From the NCBI RefSeq assembly GCF_000189555.1, contig NC_017276.1: DNA of 64,000 nt; one strand, written 5' to 3'. The stretch comes from Saccharolobus islandicus REY15A (GTDB taxonomy: Archaea; Thermoproteota; Thermoprotei_A; Sulfolobales; Sulfolobaceae). Both the position numbers and the translations under genes were made by a program. Of this stretch, positions 45,824 through 58,381 are shown piece after piece (the stretch's first letter is position 1; every line of letters starts with the position of its first letter). The notes beneath the pieces were generated by a model. The model was not told where the DNA came from, made no database searches, and was given only the letters and a program-made list of their open reading frames with translations.

Positions 45824-48800
45824 TTATATTCCTCCTCCATACTCAGATATTTCAAAAAAGGTAAGTAAGTCGTAATCCAAGAAAGCCTTACTTACCTCAT
45901 AACCTAATCTACCGTTGAGAATTACCGGAATATTGTAATCAACAGCTGTCCTTCTAATGTTATAATCAAATTTCTTCAGATACCCATCTGTCACTACTAT
46001 CTCTACCTTCTTAGCCCTTACTAGCTCTTCTGCCTTCGTTTTGTCTATTGTTTCAATGCCTTGTAATGGAAGCTCAGAGATGCTATAGACTGTTAGTCCA
46101 AATTTGACTAAATTAACTGCAGTATCCTTTAAGTAATCTAAATTTTTATCACCGTAAACTAGTGCTATTCCGTTTTTATTTGGTATCCTATTGGGTATCG
46201 ATGAAAGCCAACTCTTTAGTAATGCGTCATAAAATGTTACTCCGAATGATGCAGCTTCTCCAGTACTTTTCATCTCTGGCCCCAGAAATGGATAAGTCCC
46301 TCTTAACTGAGACCATGAAAATTGAGGACTCTTCACTGCCCAATACTTAGATGGAGGTTCATAATAGTCCTCAGAGAAATCTAACCCATTAAATATGGCT
46401 TTCATGGCCTCATTTATTAGATTAATACCTTTCGCTTTACTACTAAACGGCATTGATCTACTTGCTCTAAGGTTTAATTCAATTATATGTGGGGTATTAT
46501 CCTTTACTACAAATTGAACGTTGAACGGCCCTTTTATATTTAGTTCTCTAGCTAGACTTAACACATTTTCCCTCATCTTATTTACACTATTTTCAGATAA
46601 TTTTCTAAAAGGAATTGACATTGTTGCATCTCCACTGTGGACTCCAGCCTCTTCTACATGCTCTAATGTTATTCCTAATACCCTATTTCCATCAGAAACC
46701 CCATCAACTTCTGCTTCTATCGCGTTGTCAATGTACTTTGAGATTACTACTGGATATTTAGGAGAAATTTCAGTAGCTCTTCTTACATACTCGTAAAGCT
46801 CCTCTTCTGAGTAAGCTATTTTCATTGACGATCCGCTTAAAACGTAACTTGGTCTTACAAGAACTGGAAATCCTACTTCATTAACAAATTTCTTGATTTC
46901 CTCTAATGAAGTCGCGGATACCCAATTAGGCTGTGATATACCCAACTTATCTAATAGTTTTGAGAACTTTTCCCTATTTTCTGCAATATCTACGCTACTA
47001 CCCGATGTTCCTAATAACCTCACTCCATTTTCCTCTAACTCTTTAGCTATCGAATTGCCTATTTGTCCTCCAGAAAACGTGGCAACATATCTAAACTTCT
47101 CCTTCTTAATTAAATCCAATACTCTTTCCACGTTAATTTCATCAAAGTAAAGCTTCCTCGCAATATCCCAATCAGTTGAAACGGTTTCTGGATTATAGTT
47201 AAGTACCGCCACTTCGTCAAAGTACTTTGACGCTGCCTCCATTAGAGATACAACACTCCAATCGAACTCAACTGAAACTCCTATTCTAAAACCTCCTGCA
47301 CCAACTATTAATAATTTATTTCCTTGTGAGAATTCTAGATCGTCCTCAGTACCATTGTATGTTAAATACATGTAATTAGTAACTGAAGGCCATTCTCCAG
47401 CTAATGTGTCTATAAGTTTTACTACCGGTATTATGTTTGATTGGTCTCTAATTTTTCTAACGTACTCAGTAGATTTATTTAACGCTTTAGATATCTGCTC
47501 ATCGCTAAATCCTAATTTCTTAGCTAGTTTTAATGTTTCCTCATCGATTTCTTTCAATATTTTAAGTGTTTCATAGAAATCCACTAATCCTTTGATCTTA
47601 TTTAAAAAGAATTTACTAATTCCGGTAACCTCATACACTTCATCAATTGTTGCTCCCTCTTTGAAGGCTTTAGCAACGTATAGGAACCAGTATGGTCTTC
47701 TTTCTTTGAGATACTTTAATGCTTCCACTTTACTCATCTTAGCTTCATATATCTTTCCACCTACGACCCCTGGCTCGCCAATATCCAACATTCTTACAGC
47801 TTTCTGTAAACTTTCCTCAAAGGATCTTCCTATACTCATAACCTCCCCCACGCTCATCATCTCAGTTGCTAGCGATTGATCAACGTTCTCAAACTTGCTT
47901 AAATCCCATCTGGGAATTTTAGTTACTATATAGTCTAAACTTGGCTCAAAACACGCACAAGTTCTTCCAGATACCTTATTTATAACTTCATGTAGTTCAT
48001 ATCCTAATGCTAGTTTAGCTGAAACGTATGCTAGCGGATAACCAGTAGCCTTACTAGCTAAAGCACTTGATCTAGACATTCTTGGATTAGTTTCTATAAT
48101 ATAGTATTCATAGCCTCTGGGGTTAAGCGCAAATTGTACATTGCACTCCCCGATTAGGTTAATGGACCTTGCAACTTCTATTGTGTAGGTTCTCATATTT
48201 TGATATTCAAGATTATCTAAAGTCTGACAGGGAGCAACTACTGTAGACTCTCCAGTGTGAACTCCCATCGGATCTAAATTTTCAATACACGCTATTACAG
48301 CGGAGTTTCCCTTCTTGTCTCTCATTACCTCGTATTCCAATTCTATCCAATGGTAAAGATATTTCTCAATTAGAACTTCTCCTATGTAACTTTGAGATAG
48401 CGCTCTCCTTATGTTTTTCTTCAGATTTTCTTCAGTCCATGCTACCATAGAACCTCTTCCACCTAAGTTGAAGCTTACTCTTACCATCACTGGATACCCT
48501 ACGATTTTTGCGTTCTTTATTGCCTCTTCTTCACTCCTTGCGGATAAACTTGGAGGTACCGGTAAATTATTCTCTATCATCGTTTCTCTAAACTTTTCTC
48601 TGCTTAGAGCTTTCTCTATTCCATCAATTTGCGTTCCCAATACCTTTACACCGTACTTTTGTAATACTCCTTTTTTATGTAAATCTACACCAACGTTCAA
48701 TGCTGTTTGTCCTCCAAATCCTATCATTATACCATCTGGTCTCTCCTTCTCTATAACCTTCTCTACTGCCCACCAGACTACTGGTAACATATATAACTTG

Positions 48801-48979
48801 TCAGCAAATTTCTTGCTAGTCTGTACTGTTGCCACGTTAGAATTTACTAATACGGTCTCTATACCTTCCTCCTTTAATGCCTTTAACGCTTGACTTCCAC
48901 TATAATCGAATTCTGCAGCTTCAGCTATCTTTATGGGTCCAGATCCAATAACCAATACTTTTTTTGGAGTCTCCTTCAT
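45824..48979 (-). CDS. carB: Carbamoyl-phosphate synthase large subunit
   Basis: [38 protein letters not shown]. Confidence 0.97.
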   Translation of the reverse strand: MKETPKKVLVIGSGPIKIAEAAEFDYSGSQALKALKEEGIETVLVNSNVATVQTSKKFADKLYMLPVVWWAVEKVIEKERPDGIMIGFGGQTALNVGVDLHKKGVLQKYGVKVLGTQIDGIEKALSREKFRETMIENNLPVPPSLSARSEEEAIKNAKIVGYPVMVRVSFNLGGRGSMVAWTEENLKKNIRRALSQSYIGEVLIEKYLYHWIELEYEVMRDKKGNSAVIACIENLDPMGVHTGESTVVAPCQTLDNLEYQNMRTYTIEVARSINLIGECNVQFALNPRGYEYYIIETNPRMSRSSALASKATGYPLAYVSAKLALGYELHEVINKVSGRTCACFEPSLDYIVTKIPRWDLSKFENVDQSLATEMMSVGEVMSIGRSFEESLQKAVRMLDIGEPGVVGGKIYEAKMSKVEALKYLKERRPYWFLYVAKAFKEGATIDEVYEVTGISKFFLNKIKGLVDFYETLKILKEIDEETLKLAKKLGFSDEQISKALNKSTEYVRKIRDQSNIIPVVKLIDTLAGEWPSVTNYMYLTYNGTEDDLEFSQGNKLLIVGAGGFRIGVSVEFDWSVVSLMEAASKYFDEVAVLNYNPETVSTDWDIARKLYFDEINVERVLDLIKKEKFRYVATFSGGQIGNSIAKELEENGVRLLGTSGSSVDIAENREKFSKLLDKLGISQPNWVSATSLEEIKKFVNEVGFPVLVRPSYVLSGSSMKIAYSEEELYEYVRRATEISPKYPVVISKYIDNAIEAEVDGVSDGNRVLGITLEHVEEAGVHSGDATMSIPFRKLSENSVNKMRENVLSLARELNIKGPFNVQFVVKDNTPHIIELNLRASRSMPFSSKAKGINLINEAMKAIFNGLDFSEDYYEPPSKYWAVKSPQFSWSQLRGTYPFLGPEMKSTGEAASFGVTFYDALLKSWLSSIPNRIPNKNGIALVYGDKNLDYLKDTAVNLVKFGLTVYSISELPLQGIETIDKTKAEELVRAKKVEIVVTDGYLKKFDYNIRRTAVDYNIPVILNGRLGYEVSKAFLDYDLLTFFEISEYGGGI

Positions 48980-50079
48980 TTCACACTCACCATATTTCTA
49001 AATTTATCAAATATCCAAGTTGTATCCCAAGGACCCGGTCTAGCTTCAGGGTGAAATTGTGTAGTAATTATTGGTAATTTTTCATGGATTAAACCTTCTA
49101 TTGTATAGTCGTCTGGATTATAGAACCAGATTTTAGTATTAGGCGGAATATCGTTTTTAGATATTATACCATACCCATGATTGTGAGTGGATATATAACA
49201 TTTATTGGTATTGTTCTCAATTACTGGTTTATTTATTGCTCTATGTCCAAACTTCATTTTCTTAATCTTACCTCCTAATGCTAGAGTTGCTATTTGATGT
49301 CCTAAACAAATACCTAAGATTGGAATCCTATACTCTACTAATTCAGAGAACGTTTTGATTTGATTTTCCAGTAAATTGGGATTACCAGGACCATTGCTAA
49401 ATACAACTCCCTTCGGATTAAACTCAATTATCTTACTAGCATTAAAGTTACAAGGTACTCTAACAATTGAGAATCCTCTCTTATACAGCCCGTATAAAAT
49501 TCCATGTTTTATTCCACAATCTACCACTACGATCATATCTCCAGTATTTGGATGAAAGATTGGCGACTTAGGTGATGTTAATTGTGTAAAATCTATTTCA
49601 TCGTATCTTTTTTCTAGATATTTTCTAGGATCCTCTATTTCTAAACCAGAAGCTATAATTCCCATTGTTGTACCATAAGTTCTAATCTTTTTTACAAGCA
49701 TTCTTGTGTCAACATCAAAAACTCCAGGTATGTTCTCTGATTTCAGCCACTCATCTAATGTCAAAGAAGAGTTCCACTTAATAGGATATGTATGTTCAGC
49801 AACTATTAAGCCTTCAACTTGGATTCTTTCTGACTCGAAATTGGTTAGAATACCTTGCTCATACTTCTTTTCTGGCACACCATAGTTTCCAACTAATGGA
49901 TGCGTAATAATTAATATTTGACCCTTATACGAAGGATCTGTTAAACTCTCCACGTATCCATTCATAGAAGTTGTAAATACCACTTCTCCTACCTTAATTC
50001 CTTTAGCCCCAAAACCATATCCTTCAATAAATGTTCCATCTTCTAGATATAGATAACCCTTTTCATTCCTCAATTCCAT
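48976..50079 (-). CDS. carA: Carbamoyl-phosphate synthase small subunit
   Basis: [30 protein letters not shown]. Confidence 0.97.
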   Translation of the reverse strand: MELRNEKGYLYLEDGTFIEGYGFGAKGIKVGEVVFTTSMNGYVESLTDPSYKGQILIITHPLVGNYGVPEKKYEQGILTNFESERIQVEGLIVAEHTYPIKWNSSLTLDEWLKSENIPGVFDVDTRMLVKKIRTYGTTMGIIASGLEIEDPRKYLEKRYDEIDFTQLTSPKSPIFHPNTGDMIVVVDCGIKHGILYGLYKRGFSIVRVPCNFNASKIIEFNPKGVVFSNGPGNPNLLENQIKTFSELVEYRIPILGICLGHQIATLALGGKIKKMKFGHRAINKPVIENNTNKCYISTHNHGYGIISKNDIPPNTKIWFYNPDDYTIEGLIHEKLPIITTQFHPEARPGPWDTTWIFDKFRNMVSVK

Positions 50080-51397
50080 TTTCGATCACCTGTAATTCTC
50101 CCACCTTTGAAATAATTTTTAATTTATATGCCTCAATTTCTTTTTCATCTTCTTCCAATTTGGTTTCTCTACTTTTTATCAAATTAGTTATTAAATCAAA
50201 ATTAGGAGACCCGATTACTGCCTTCATATTAATTGAATCCTCTATTTTTAAAGTTGACTTATAAGAACCCTCCCTAACTTTTTTAGCTATCTCAAAGTAG
50301 GCTGATCTATAAGGTACTTTCTTATTTATGGAAAGTAGTTCTGCGTCATCAGTAGCTAAGCTAGATTCGTCAATGTTTACTTTATTTACTTGTATTTGGC
50401 TAAAGAGTGACTCTAAAACCCTAATTGAAGAAATTGTATAATTTACTGCAAGCCAATAATATTTGTTCATTTCTTGTAAATCAAGATTATAGCCGGTAGG
50501 TAAACCCTTGTAAATAGAAAGTAAACTAGTTAATATGCCTATAGACTCTGATGCTTTTGCTCGCAGTATCTCCATTGTGACTGGATTTCTTTTTTGTGGC
50601 ATTAAACTGCTTGTACTAACATGAGAATCTGGCAATTTAAGTAATTTATTTGATGAAAAGAAAATTAAGTCCTCAGCTATTCTGCTTAATACTACCATCA
50701 AAACAGTTAGTTCTGAGATTGTAGTAATAATATCTGCTCTCGATGACGTAGCGGACAATGTATTATATACTATATCATCAAATCCTAATAGTTCTGCTTC
50801 CTTTTCTCTATCAATCTTAACGTTTGTCCCCACTATTGCCCCAGAGCCTAATGGCGATCTATTAACTAGTTTTAATGTGAAAAATATTATTTCCCATCTT
50901 GAAGCTAACTCCTCCTCGATATAGGTTAAGTAGTGAGCAAAGGTTGTGGGTTGCGCTAATTGCAAATGTGTATACGAGGGAAATATTGTTGTAATGTGCT
51001 CTTTCGCTTTATCTAATAATGTTTTCCTTAGGCTATTAATCTCAGTTAGAATTTCTATTAACTTATTTCTTAGTTTCAGTCTTAAAGCTGTAGCAACGTG
51101 ATCATTTCTACTTCTACCTAATCCGATCCATCCAGCCTCTTCTCCTACATTCTTTAACAAGAAATCCTCTAACGCTTCATGGACGTCCTCATACCCTTGG
51201 CTAATTTCTTTAAACTCGTTTAATGCAGCAAGGATCTTTTTAGTGGTTTCCTTCTTTATATATCCACTCAAATAAAGGCTTATTATATGTGCCTTCATAG
51301 TCAATTTTACTTCTTCCATGATCTCTTTGTCGCTATCTATGGATGAGGTATAGTTAACTACTTCATCTTTTTCGGATCCCCATTTTCTATATAGCAT
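50063..51397 (-). CDS. argH: Argininosuccinate lyase (probable start 51397)
   Basis: [29 protein letters not shown]. Confidence 0.95.
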   Translation of the reverse strand: MLYRKWGSEKDEVVNYTSSIDSDKEIMEEVKLTMKAHIISLYLSGYIKKETTKKILAALNEFKEISQGYEDVHEALEDFLLKNVGEEAGWIGLGRSRNDHVATALRLKLRNKLIEILTEINSLRKTLLDKAKEHITTIFPSYTHLQLAQPTTFAHYLTYIEEELASRWEIIFFTLKLVNRSPLGSGAIVGTNVKIDREKEAELLGFDDIVYNTLSATSSRADIITTISELTVLMVVLSRIAEDLIFFSSNKLLKLPDSHVSTSSLMPQKRNPVTMEILRAKASESIGILTSLLSIYKGLPTGYNLDLQEMNKYYWLAVNYTISSIRVLESLFSQIQVNKVNIDESSLATDDAELLSINKKVPYRSAYFEIAKKVREGSYKSTLKIEDSINMKAVIGSPNFDLITNLIKSRETKLEEDEKEIEAYKLKIISKVGELQVIENGIEE

Positions 51398-52572
51398 CAC
51401 AGTCCCCTTACTCTTCTCGCTATTAGTGAGTGCATTCCCCATATCTCTATAAATCCCCTAGCCATTTCGTCGCTCGGATACCATCCTTTATTATAACTAG
51501 CAAGTTTTTCAGAATATGGAGAGTAATCCGATTTTCTACCTAATATTCTGAACGAACCATTATTGACTTCTACTCTGACTTCTCCAGCAATCCATTTATT
51601 CATTTCGTCAGCAATTTTATGTAATGTCTCCCTAAGTGGTTCAAACCATAAACCTTGATATACTAAATCAGACCATAACTGATCTACGTATTTTTTGAAT
51701 CTTAATTCAGTAGGAGTATAAATGGTCTTTTCTAAATCAATATGCGAGTAAATTAGACCTAGAGCTGCAGGTACTTCATACACCTCTCTAGACTTAAATC
51801 CAACAACCCTATTTTCTATATGCTCCACTCTGCCGAATCCGTGGTTACCAAACTTTAAGTTTAGTAAACCTATTAACTTATGTAATTCCATTTGTTCTCC
51901 ATCTACGGCTGTTGGAACGCCATTACTAAATTCTATAGAGATTATTTCCTTATTGTTAGCGATCTGTTTGGTCCATTCAAAGGCATCTTCGGTGACCTCA
52001 ACAGAAGGATCGGAGATTATATCTCCTTCTATACTTCTTCCCCAAAGATTCTCATCTATGCTGTATTTGCTGCTTTCAACCTTGATAGGTATACCTTTCT
52101 CTTTGGCATACTTTATCTCATCTTCTCTAGTCATGCTCCATATTCTAGCTGGTGCTATTATCTTGACGTCCGGGTATAATGCCTTGACTGTGAGGTCAAA
52201 TCTAACTTGGTCATTTCCTTTGGATGTAGAACCATGAGCTACTGCATCTGCTTTCTCCTTTTTTGCCACTTCAACTACTTTTTCTGCTATTAATGGTCTT
52301 GCTAATGCTGTGGACAATGGATATACTCCCTCATATAGTCCGTTTAATTTTATCGCATATGATATATAATTGTTGGCGAATTCCTTAATGGCGTCTATTG
52401 TGTAGTGCTTTGAGGCACCTGCTATGTACGCTCTCTCTTCTATCTTCTTGAAATCATCTTTTTGGCCAACATCTACAGTAACTGTTATAACTTCGGCCTT
52501 AAAGGTTTCCTTTAGCCATCTAATCGATACTGTGGTATCAAGTCCACCAGAGTATGCAAGGACTATTTTCAT
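51397..52572 (-). CDS. argG: Argininosuccinate synthase (probable start 52572)
   Basis: [30 protein letters not shown]. Confidence 0.96.
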   Translation of the reverse strand: MKIVLAYSGGLDTTVSIRWLKETFKAEVITVTVDVGQKDDFKKIEERAYIAGASKHYTIDAIKEFANNYISYAIKLNGLYEGVYPLSTALARPLIAEKVVEVAKKEKADAVAHGSTSKGNDQVRFDLTVKALYPDVKIIAPARIWSMTREDEIKYAKEKGIPIKVESSKYSIDENLWGRSIEGDIISDPSVEVTEDAFEWTKQIANNKEIISIEFSNGVPTAVDGEQMELHKLIGLLNLKFGNHGFGRVEHIENRVVGFKSREVYEVPAALGLIYSHIDLEKTIYTPTELRFKKYVDQLWSDLVYQGLWFEPLRETLHKIADEMNKWIAGEVRVEVNNGSFRILGRKSDYSPYSEKLASYNKGWYPSDEMARGFIEIWGMHSLIARRVRGL

Positions 52573-52660
52573 TTCACAAAAAGGGTAAAGAAGTAGCTTA
52601 AAAACAATTGATATCATGAAAATAAGGGATTCTTGATGAATAGCATGTTAAAGGTTTCCT

Positions 52661-52798
52661 TTAGCTCTTACTCTTTATATAGAATTCAATTGCTTGCTTT
52701 ATGAACTCAGTTCTACTATTTAGGCCAAGTTTTCTAGTATATATATCAACATCTCTCAGTACATCTTCCTTTAGTCTTACACTTACTACTTTTCGCAT
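52661..52798 (-). CDS. 45-aa ribbon-helix-helix (CopG-like) regulator (absent from ORF track)
   Basis: MRKVVSVRLKEDVLRDVDIYTRKLGLNSRTEFIKQAIEFYIKSKS; TATA-containing palindrome GTTTTTAAAAAC 20-31 nt upstream fits a leaderless mRNA. Confidence 0.8.
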   Translation of the reverse strand: MRKVVSVRLKEDVLRDVDIYTRKLGLNSRTEFIKQAIEFYIKSKS

Positions 52799-52891
52799 AT
52801 GTAATAGAATGTTGTCAGTTTTTAAAAACCTAAGTGGTGACTCTCAATAGGGAAACAGTTAAAAAGAAGTTGAATATTACGTAAAAAATCA

Positions 52892-53347
52892 TTAACTTAC
52901 AGAAGTAAATATTACGGCTTTATTTTGTTGTATGTCTTTCTTTATTTTCTCTAATCTTTGCATCATGATATTAATATTTTCATTGAGAATCTCTTTATGG
53001 TACTTCCTAATATGCTCTTCACTATCTTCTTTAGCCACAATAATATTACATAATGAGCACTCGTATGATCCGTCGTTTTCCTTTTTGACTATTGGTGTAA
53101 TTCCCTCTGAAATGGCTTTAAGTATTGGCACGAGTTTCTTAGCTTTTCCTTCACTTCCGCTCTTCTCAATAATTCTTTGGGCATAGCCGCGGAGTTGATG
53201 TTTTGAAATATTATATTTATAGGCTACTGTAGCTGGTCCTTCTCCCTTAACTAAGTATTCTTCTAATGCTTCTAATAGATAGTCGCTTCCACCTAGTATC
53301 TTTAAAGCTACGTAATTTACTAAAGACTTTATATCAGTTTGTTTCAT
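52892..53347 (-). CDS. Putative DNA-binding protein with HTH and C2H2 zinc finger
   Basis: GPATVAYKYNISKHQLRG (HTH-like); CSLC-x11-H-x3/4-H. Confidence 0.65.
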   Translation of the reverse strand: MKQTDIKSLVNYVALKILGGSDYLLEALEEYLVKGEGPATVAYKYNISKHQLRGYAQRIIEKSGSEGKAKKLVPILKAISEGITPIVKKENDGSYECSLCNIIVAKEDSEEHIRKYHKEILNENINIMMQRLEKIKKDIQQNKAVIFTSVS

Positions 53348-53404
53348 ATAGAGGCCACTGGAACCCTCTATATTCTTTAGAGTTTAAAAGGTATATACAT
53401 AATT

Positions 53405-54397
53405 CTATAATCTGAGAATCTCGTTCTTATAAGTCTTTATAGTGATCCCATTTCCATTATATACTCTGCCAAGTTCATATACAGTTCCATATCTTTCTAG
53501 TTTTGTTTTTACTTCTTTCATTAATTCTTCTGAAATAAATAAGACAATACCTATGCCCATATTGAAAACTTTATACATTTCCTCATGAGGCACTCCTGCT
53601 TTTTCGATAATTTTAAAAATCTCTGGGGGTTCAGGCATATTTAAGACAATCTTATAACTAGTAAGCCTTTTAAGCTTAGTAAATGCACCGCCAGTTATAT
53701 GTGCTGCTCCCTTTATCATATTCATAACTTCCAAAACTTGTTTGGCATAAATTCTAGTTGGTTTTAATAATTCCCTTTTATACTCATCAAGTGAAATCTT
53801 ACCTTCTTCTATTAATTTCCTAACTAAGGAGTACCCATTAGAATGTATGCCATTGCTCTCTAATCCCAATATGTAGTCTCCAGGCTTTATGTCAACTCCA
53901 GTTTTTAGATTATCTACAACTCCTATCGCAGTACAAGAAAGATCAAATCCTCTAATCACATCTGGCATAATAGCGGTCTCTCCCCCAATAACTTCAACAT
54001 CAGCATCTTTGGCACCTTGAACAATACCATTAATAATCTCATTTATCACATTATCCATAGGCTTTTCTAAGGCAATATAATCTACTAAGGCAACTGGCTT
54101 TGCTCCAACGCATATGAGGTCATTAACATTCATAGCAACGCAGTCTATTCCTACAGGTTTTATTATTCCAGTTTGTAAGGCTAGTGAAGTCTTTGTTCCT
54201 ACACCATCAGTATGCATTGCTATGTTAAGATTACCTATCTTAATTACTCCAGAATAATGCCCTGCTCCTACAATAGTATTTTTATAAGTAGACGAGATTA
54301 TTTGAGAAATCGCATTATGATAATTACGTAATCTTTCCAAATCAACTCCTGCTTTCTTATATTCTTCACTCACCACAACCCACCATTGGGAGACCAA
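53405..54397 (-). CDS. purM: AIR synthetase
   Basis: YKKAGVD, TDGVGTK, GGETA, SNGIHSNGYS, FNMGIG. Confidence 0.96.
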   Translation of the reverse strand: MVSQWWVVVSEEYKKAGVDLERLRNYHNAISQIISSTYKNTIVGAGHYSGVIKIGNLNIAMHTDGVGTKTSLALQTGIIKPVGIDCVAMNVNDLICVGAKPVALVDYIALEKPMDNVINEIINGIVQGAKDADVEVIGGETAIMPDVIRGFDLSCTAIGVVDNLKTGVDIKPGDYILGLESNGIHSNGYSLVRKLIEEGKISLDEYKRELLKPTRIYAKQVLEVMNMIKGAAHITGGAFTKLKRLTSYKIVLNMPEPPEIFKIIEKAGVPHEEMYKVFNMGIGIVLFISEELMKEVKTKLERYGTVYELGRVYNGNGITIKTYKNEILRL

Positions 54398-55821
54398 TCT
54401 GCAGAAACTCCAAGAATTCCTCTTTTTTCTCTATTTTTATAAGAATATCTTATAATTTCAGCCTTCTCGATCTGATATTCAACTGTCCTTCCAATGTCAG
54501 TTCTATATATTAATTTAGTATCGCTACTAACGTATTGAATACACTTATCCAAATTCTCAGAAGCTTCTCTGAAATCTCCTATTGCAACTATTTCTAAAGC
54601 TCTGGAGCCTTTGGTTATAAGCTGCATTCCCTCTAACGCCACAGATCCAAAAAATACCATACATCCATGCTCTTTCATCTTATCTAAATCCAAAACAATC
54701 TTACGTCCAGATGCCATTTGTTTCGAGATAGGATATCCTAAAGTAGCAACAGCTTTTACTATAGAAGGTTGGTCATTTAATTTTATACGAGCTTTACTCA
54801 AATGTCCAGTAGCAGTAAACTCAATTATTTCTCCAAAATCAGACTCTATTCTTGGAATTATGGCCGAAGCTTCTGGATCACCGAATCTTGAGTAATATTC
54901 AATTACCGTAGGCCCCCAAAGTTCAGTTAACATCATTTGCCCTGCTATGACTCCTACGTAATTCTCTCCAGTCTCTTTATATATTGCATCTATAGTCCTT
55001 TTAACTATGTCATAAGTTGTTTGGTACTCCTCGTTATTGATAAATGGGAGTAATTCAATAGGTCCAGAAATTGACCCCATCCCTCCAGTCTCAGGGCCTA
55101 TCCCATCCTGATATGCGTTCTTATAATCTTGAGCCAAAGGTAGAGGAATAGTTGTTTTTCCGTCAGTTAAAACATGAAGTGTATATTCTGGTCCATCCAC
55201 TTTCTCCTCTATTATAATTCTTGGCTCACCTTCCTTGTTGTATAGACTCCCTATATCGTTTACGCTTTTTGTCAGTGCCTCTCTTTTATCTTGTGTTAAG
55301 TAAGCCTCTAAGTCAGCTATTACCTTAACACCTTTTCCTCCAGCTTGGCCAGCGGGTTTAACTGCAACAGAACCTCCATATTCTAATATGAACTTTGCGG
55401 CGTCTTCTATTGTATAAAATACCTTATACCTTAACCTCCCTGGAATAGAATACTTCCACATTAACTCTCTTGCCCATGCTTTGGATTCCTCTATTCTAGC
55501 GCACTTTTTACTAGCTCCAAATACTGGTATTCCCTCTTGTCTAAGAACGTCTGCAATTCCACGGAATAATGGGTCCTCTGGCCCAACTACTCCAAAATCT
55601 GGGTTTACTTTCTTAATTACTTCCTTAACAATTTCTGGTTGGTTTATGTTACCTATAAAATACTCTCCACCAGTTGCTTTCACTACTGAATTAATTCCAG
55701 GATTAATGTATGTCGACAGCCCGTAGACCTTGTAACCTTTAGTGGATTTTTCTAGTGAATGAGCTAGGACGTTTTCTCTTGCTCCATCCCCGACTAATAA
55801 TACTTTCATTTTTCTCACCAT
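54370..55821 (-). CDS. purD: GAR synthetase
   Basis: VGDGARE, GPEDPL, GGKGV, TGGMG, RFGDPE. Confidence 0.94.
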   Translation of the reverse strand: MVRKMKVLLVGDGARENVLAHSLEKSTKGYKVYGLSTYINPGINSVVKATGGEYFIGNINQPEIVKEVIKKVNPDFGVVGPEDPLFRGIADVLRQEGIPVFGASKKCARIEESKAWARELMWKYSIPGRLRYKVFYTIEDAAKFILEYGGSVAVKPAGQAGGKGVKVIADLEAYLTQDKREALTKSVNDIGSLYNKEGEPRIIIEEKVDGPEYTLHVLTDGKTTIPLPLAQDYKNAYQDGIGPETGGMGSISGPIELLPFINNEEYQTTYDIVKRTIDAIYKETGENYVGVIAGQMMLTELWGPTVIEYYSRFGDPEASAIIPRIESDFGEIIEFTATGHLSKARIKLNDQPSIVKAVATLGYPISKQMASGRKIVLDLDKMKEHGCMVFFGSVALEGMQLITKGSRALEIVAIGDFREASENLDKCIQYVSSDTKLIYRTDIGRTVEYQIEKAEIIRYSYKNREKRGILGVSADWSPNGGLW

Positions 55822-57029
55822 GGGTATTTTTTAGTCATACACCCTAAGCAGAGGTTCCTATGTCCAATAACTCTGAATAGACCTTCTAAACTCAACCAAT
55901 GTATAGAATCTGCACCTAAAACTCTAGCTATTTTTTCATCATCGAGATTAGCTGAGATTAATTCCTTTTCCTCAGGAACCTCAACCCCATATGGACATTG
56001 CGAGATTAATTTAGGACTTCCTATTAGTACATGGATTTCCTTTGCACCCAGTTTTCTCAAGTTAAATATGGTATTTTTAAGTGTAGTTCCTGTAACCATT
56101 GAATCATCTATAAGAATTATTCTCTTTCCTTTTACCGCACTTTTTATTGGGTTTAGTTTAAGTTGAACCCCAACCACCTTTAGGAAAGCATCAGATGATA
56201 ACATTGTCCTTATTGGACTTCCAGTTCTAGTAAAACCCAGGTCTAGTGGTATGTTTAATTTCCTAGAGTAACCTATTGCGAAAGGTAATGCGGTCTCTGG
56301 AACTCCTATAACTGAGTCAGTCCTTATTGGGTATTCTAAAGCTAACTCTTCCCCTATTTTCACTCTTAAGTCATAGATATCTTTTTCGTTGACTATACTG
56401 TCTATTCTCGCTTGGTATACGTACTCTATAGTGCAATATGATTTTCTAGACATCCTTACTTGTTTTGATTCAATATGGTATTTGTCAACAATTACCAACT
56501 CTCCCGGATTAATTTCCCTTTTGAACTCAGCTCCTATTACAAGCATTGATGTTGGCTCAGAGGAAATAACCGCTAAATCAAATCCAAATCCACCTATGCT
56601 AAGTGGCTTAAGTCCTAATTCATCTCTATAGGCTATTAACTGGCCTTCTTTACTTATCGCTATGAACGAGATTGGTTTTTTAATCTCATCTATTGTCTTT
56701 TCTGGCTCCTTTATGACTCGGTTAAGAATATTTGTATCATCTATTATTCCATCAACGACTATGGCGCCGTTATCTAATGTCATTGGATATTTATTTCTGA
56801 TTCCAGCATAACCTATTCCAGCCCATCCGTTTAGGTCTTTAATTTCAAGATCCTCAGGTGCTACGTTCTCTAATTTAGTAAATATATTTCTCTGCTTGTT
56901 TAATATTGCTATTCCACTTCTAGAGTATCCTCTATGTTGTAAGCCTATTAGGCCATAATATAAAAACCTAGATACGTTCCATACGTCATCGAATGCCAAT
57001 ATACCTAGTATTCCAGCCATTAATATCAC
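55815..57029 (-). CDS. PurF paralogue lacking the N-terminal nucleophilic Cys
   Basis: Starts (M)AGILG instead of CGI; keeps LQHRG, EYVYQAR and IDDSMVTGTT. Confidence 0.85.
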   Translation of the reverse strand: MILMAGILGILAFDDVWNVSRFLYYGLIGLQHRGYSRSGIAILNKQRNIFTKLENVAPEDLEIKDLNGWAGIGYAGIRNKYPMTLDNGAIVVDGIIDDTNILNRVIKEPEKTIDEIKKPISFIAISKEGQLIAYRDELGLKPLSIGGFGFDLAVISSEPTSMLVIGAEFKREINPGELVIVDKYHIESKQVRMSRKSYCTIEYVYQARIDSIVNEKDIYDLRVKIGEELALEYPIRTDSVIGVPETALPFAIGYSRKLNIPLDLGFTRTGSPIRTMLSSDAFLKVVGVQLKLNPIKSAVKGKRIILIDDSMVTGTTLKNTIFNLRKLGAKEIHVLIGSPKLISQCPYGVEVPEEKELISANLDDEKIARVLGADSIHWLSLEGLFRVIGHRNLCLGCMTKKYPW

Positions 57030-58381
57030 TTCCCAAATACTCTTTCTAACTCTGTCGAATTATATTTAAATTTAAGAGGATAAACCCCAGAAAAACACGC
57101 GTTGCATAAATCCCTTCTACCTATTGCTTGTACCATCTCTTCAACACTTAGAAATTCAATAGAATCTGCATTCAACTCATTTCCTATTTCTCTTTCAGAT
57201 TTATTATGGGCAATTAACTCTTCTCTTTTAGGAAAGTCTATTCCCATATAGCAAGGGTATTTTATCATGGGTGATCCTATACGTACATGAATCTCTTTGG
57301 CACCAGCATTACGTAGCATACTTATTATTCTCTTCATAGTATTTCCCCTAACTATTGAGTCGTCTATCAAAACTATTCTTTTATCCCTTACCGCATCAAC
57401 AACCACTCCAAATTTCTCTTCTAATACCTCATTTCTCTTATCTTGAGTTGGCATTATGAATGATCTTACGGAGGAAATTGTTCTAACCAGAGGTTCCTCC
57501 AGAGGTATACGACTTTTTCTAGAAAAGCCCAACGCTATCGGTCTTGATGAGTCCGGCACTGGAACTACAATATCTCCATTAGCTGGATGTTTCTCTGCCA
57601 ATAACTCACCTAACCTTATCCTAGCTGAGTAGACTGAATGTCCATCTATATTAGAATCCGGTCTTGCAAAGTATATATATTCGAAGGAACAAGTAGCATA
57701 ATTCTTCTCCTCTTCATAGATCACTTTGTCATATAATATTTTGCCATTTTTCATTGTTATCACCTCCCCTGGTAGAATGTGTTTCAAAACGCTCCCACCT
57801 AGCTGTCTAATAACGGAATCCTCCGAGGAAACTACTAATGATCCTTCTAAAAATCCTAATACAACTGGATGAAATCCTCTAGGATCTCTAAATATCACAA
57901 TCTCTTCATCATTCAAAAGAATAGCTACAGAGTATCCACCATCAACAACTTTCATAAATTCCTTTACGGTATCGGGAATAGAGTGAAAGGTTAATTTTTG
58001 CTTAAAGAATCTATATATAAATTCAGTATCTACTTTAAATGAACCAAATTGATAATAGTTACTTATAGTCCCATTAAATGTTACAACTACGCTTGAGTCA
58101 CCTAAAGGTTGTGCTTCTTCAATTGAGCTTTTTCCACTTGTTGAATATCTTACATGACCTATTCCATTTTTTATAAATTTATTAAGATTTTCCTTAAATA
58201 CTTCATCTACAAGTCCAAGTCCCTTAATTGTCAATATTTCCCCATTCTCAGCATATGCGATACCTGCCGATTCTTGACCTCTATGCTGAAGTAGTCTAAT
58301 TCCCTCTACTAGTAGTTGAATATTTACTTCTTTAGGACTAGATACAGCAAAGATACCACATTTATCATGTATGTTACCCAT
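57026..58381 (-). CDS. purF: Amidophosphoribosyltransferase
   Basis: Short propeptide then CGIFA, QHRGQES, GHVRYST, DDSIVRGNT. Confidence 0.95.
   Translation of the reverse strand: MGNIHDKCGIFAVSSPKEVNIQLLVEGIRLLQHRGQESAGIAYAENGEILTIKGLGLVDEVFKENLNKFIKNGIGHVRYSTSGKSSIEEAQPLGDSSVVVTFNGTISNYYQFGSFKVDTEFIYRFFKQKLTFHSIPDTVKEFMKVVDGGYSVAILLNDEEIVIFRDPRGFHPVVLGFLEGSLVVSSEDSVIRQLGGSVLKHILPGEVITMKNGKILYDKVIYEEEKNYATCSFEYIYFARPDSNIDGHSVYSARIRLGELLAEKHPANGDIVVPVPDSSRPIALGFSRKSRIPLEEPLVRTISSVRSFIMPTQDKRNEVLEEKFGVVVDAVRDKRIVLIDDSIVRGNTMKRIISMLRNAGAKEIHVRIGSPMIKYPCYMGIDFPKREELIAHNKSEREIGNELNADSIEFLSVEEMVQAIGRRDLCNACFSGVYPLKFKYNSTELERVFGK

Noticed and set aside
46162-48893. Several + strand ORFs opposite carB, and similar short ORFs opposite cmk, gltB, mobA, sua5, purD and purQ
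   Set aside because: Antisense shadow frames of well-supported genes
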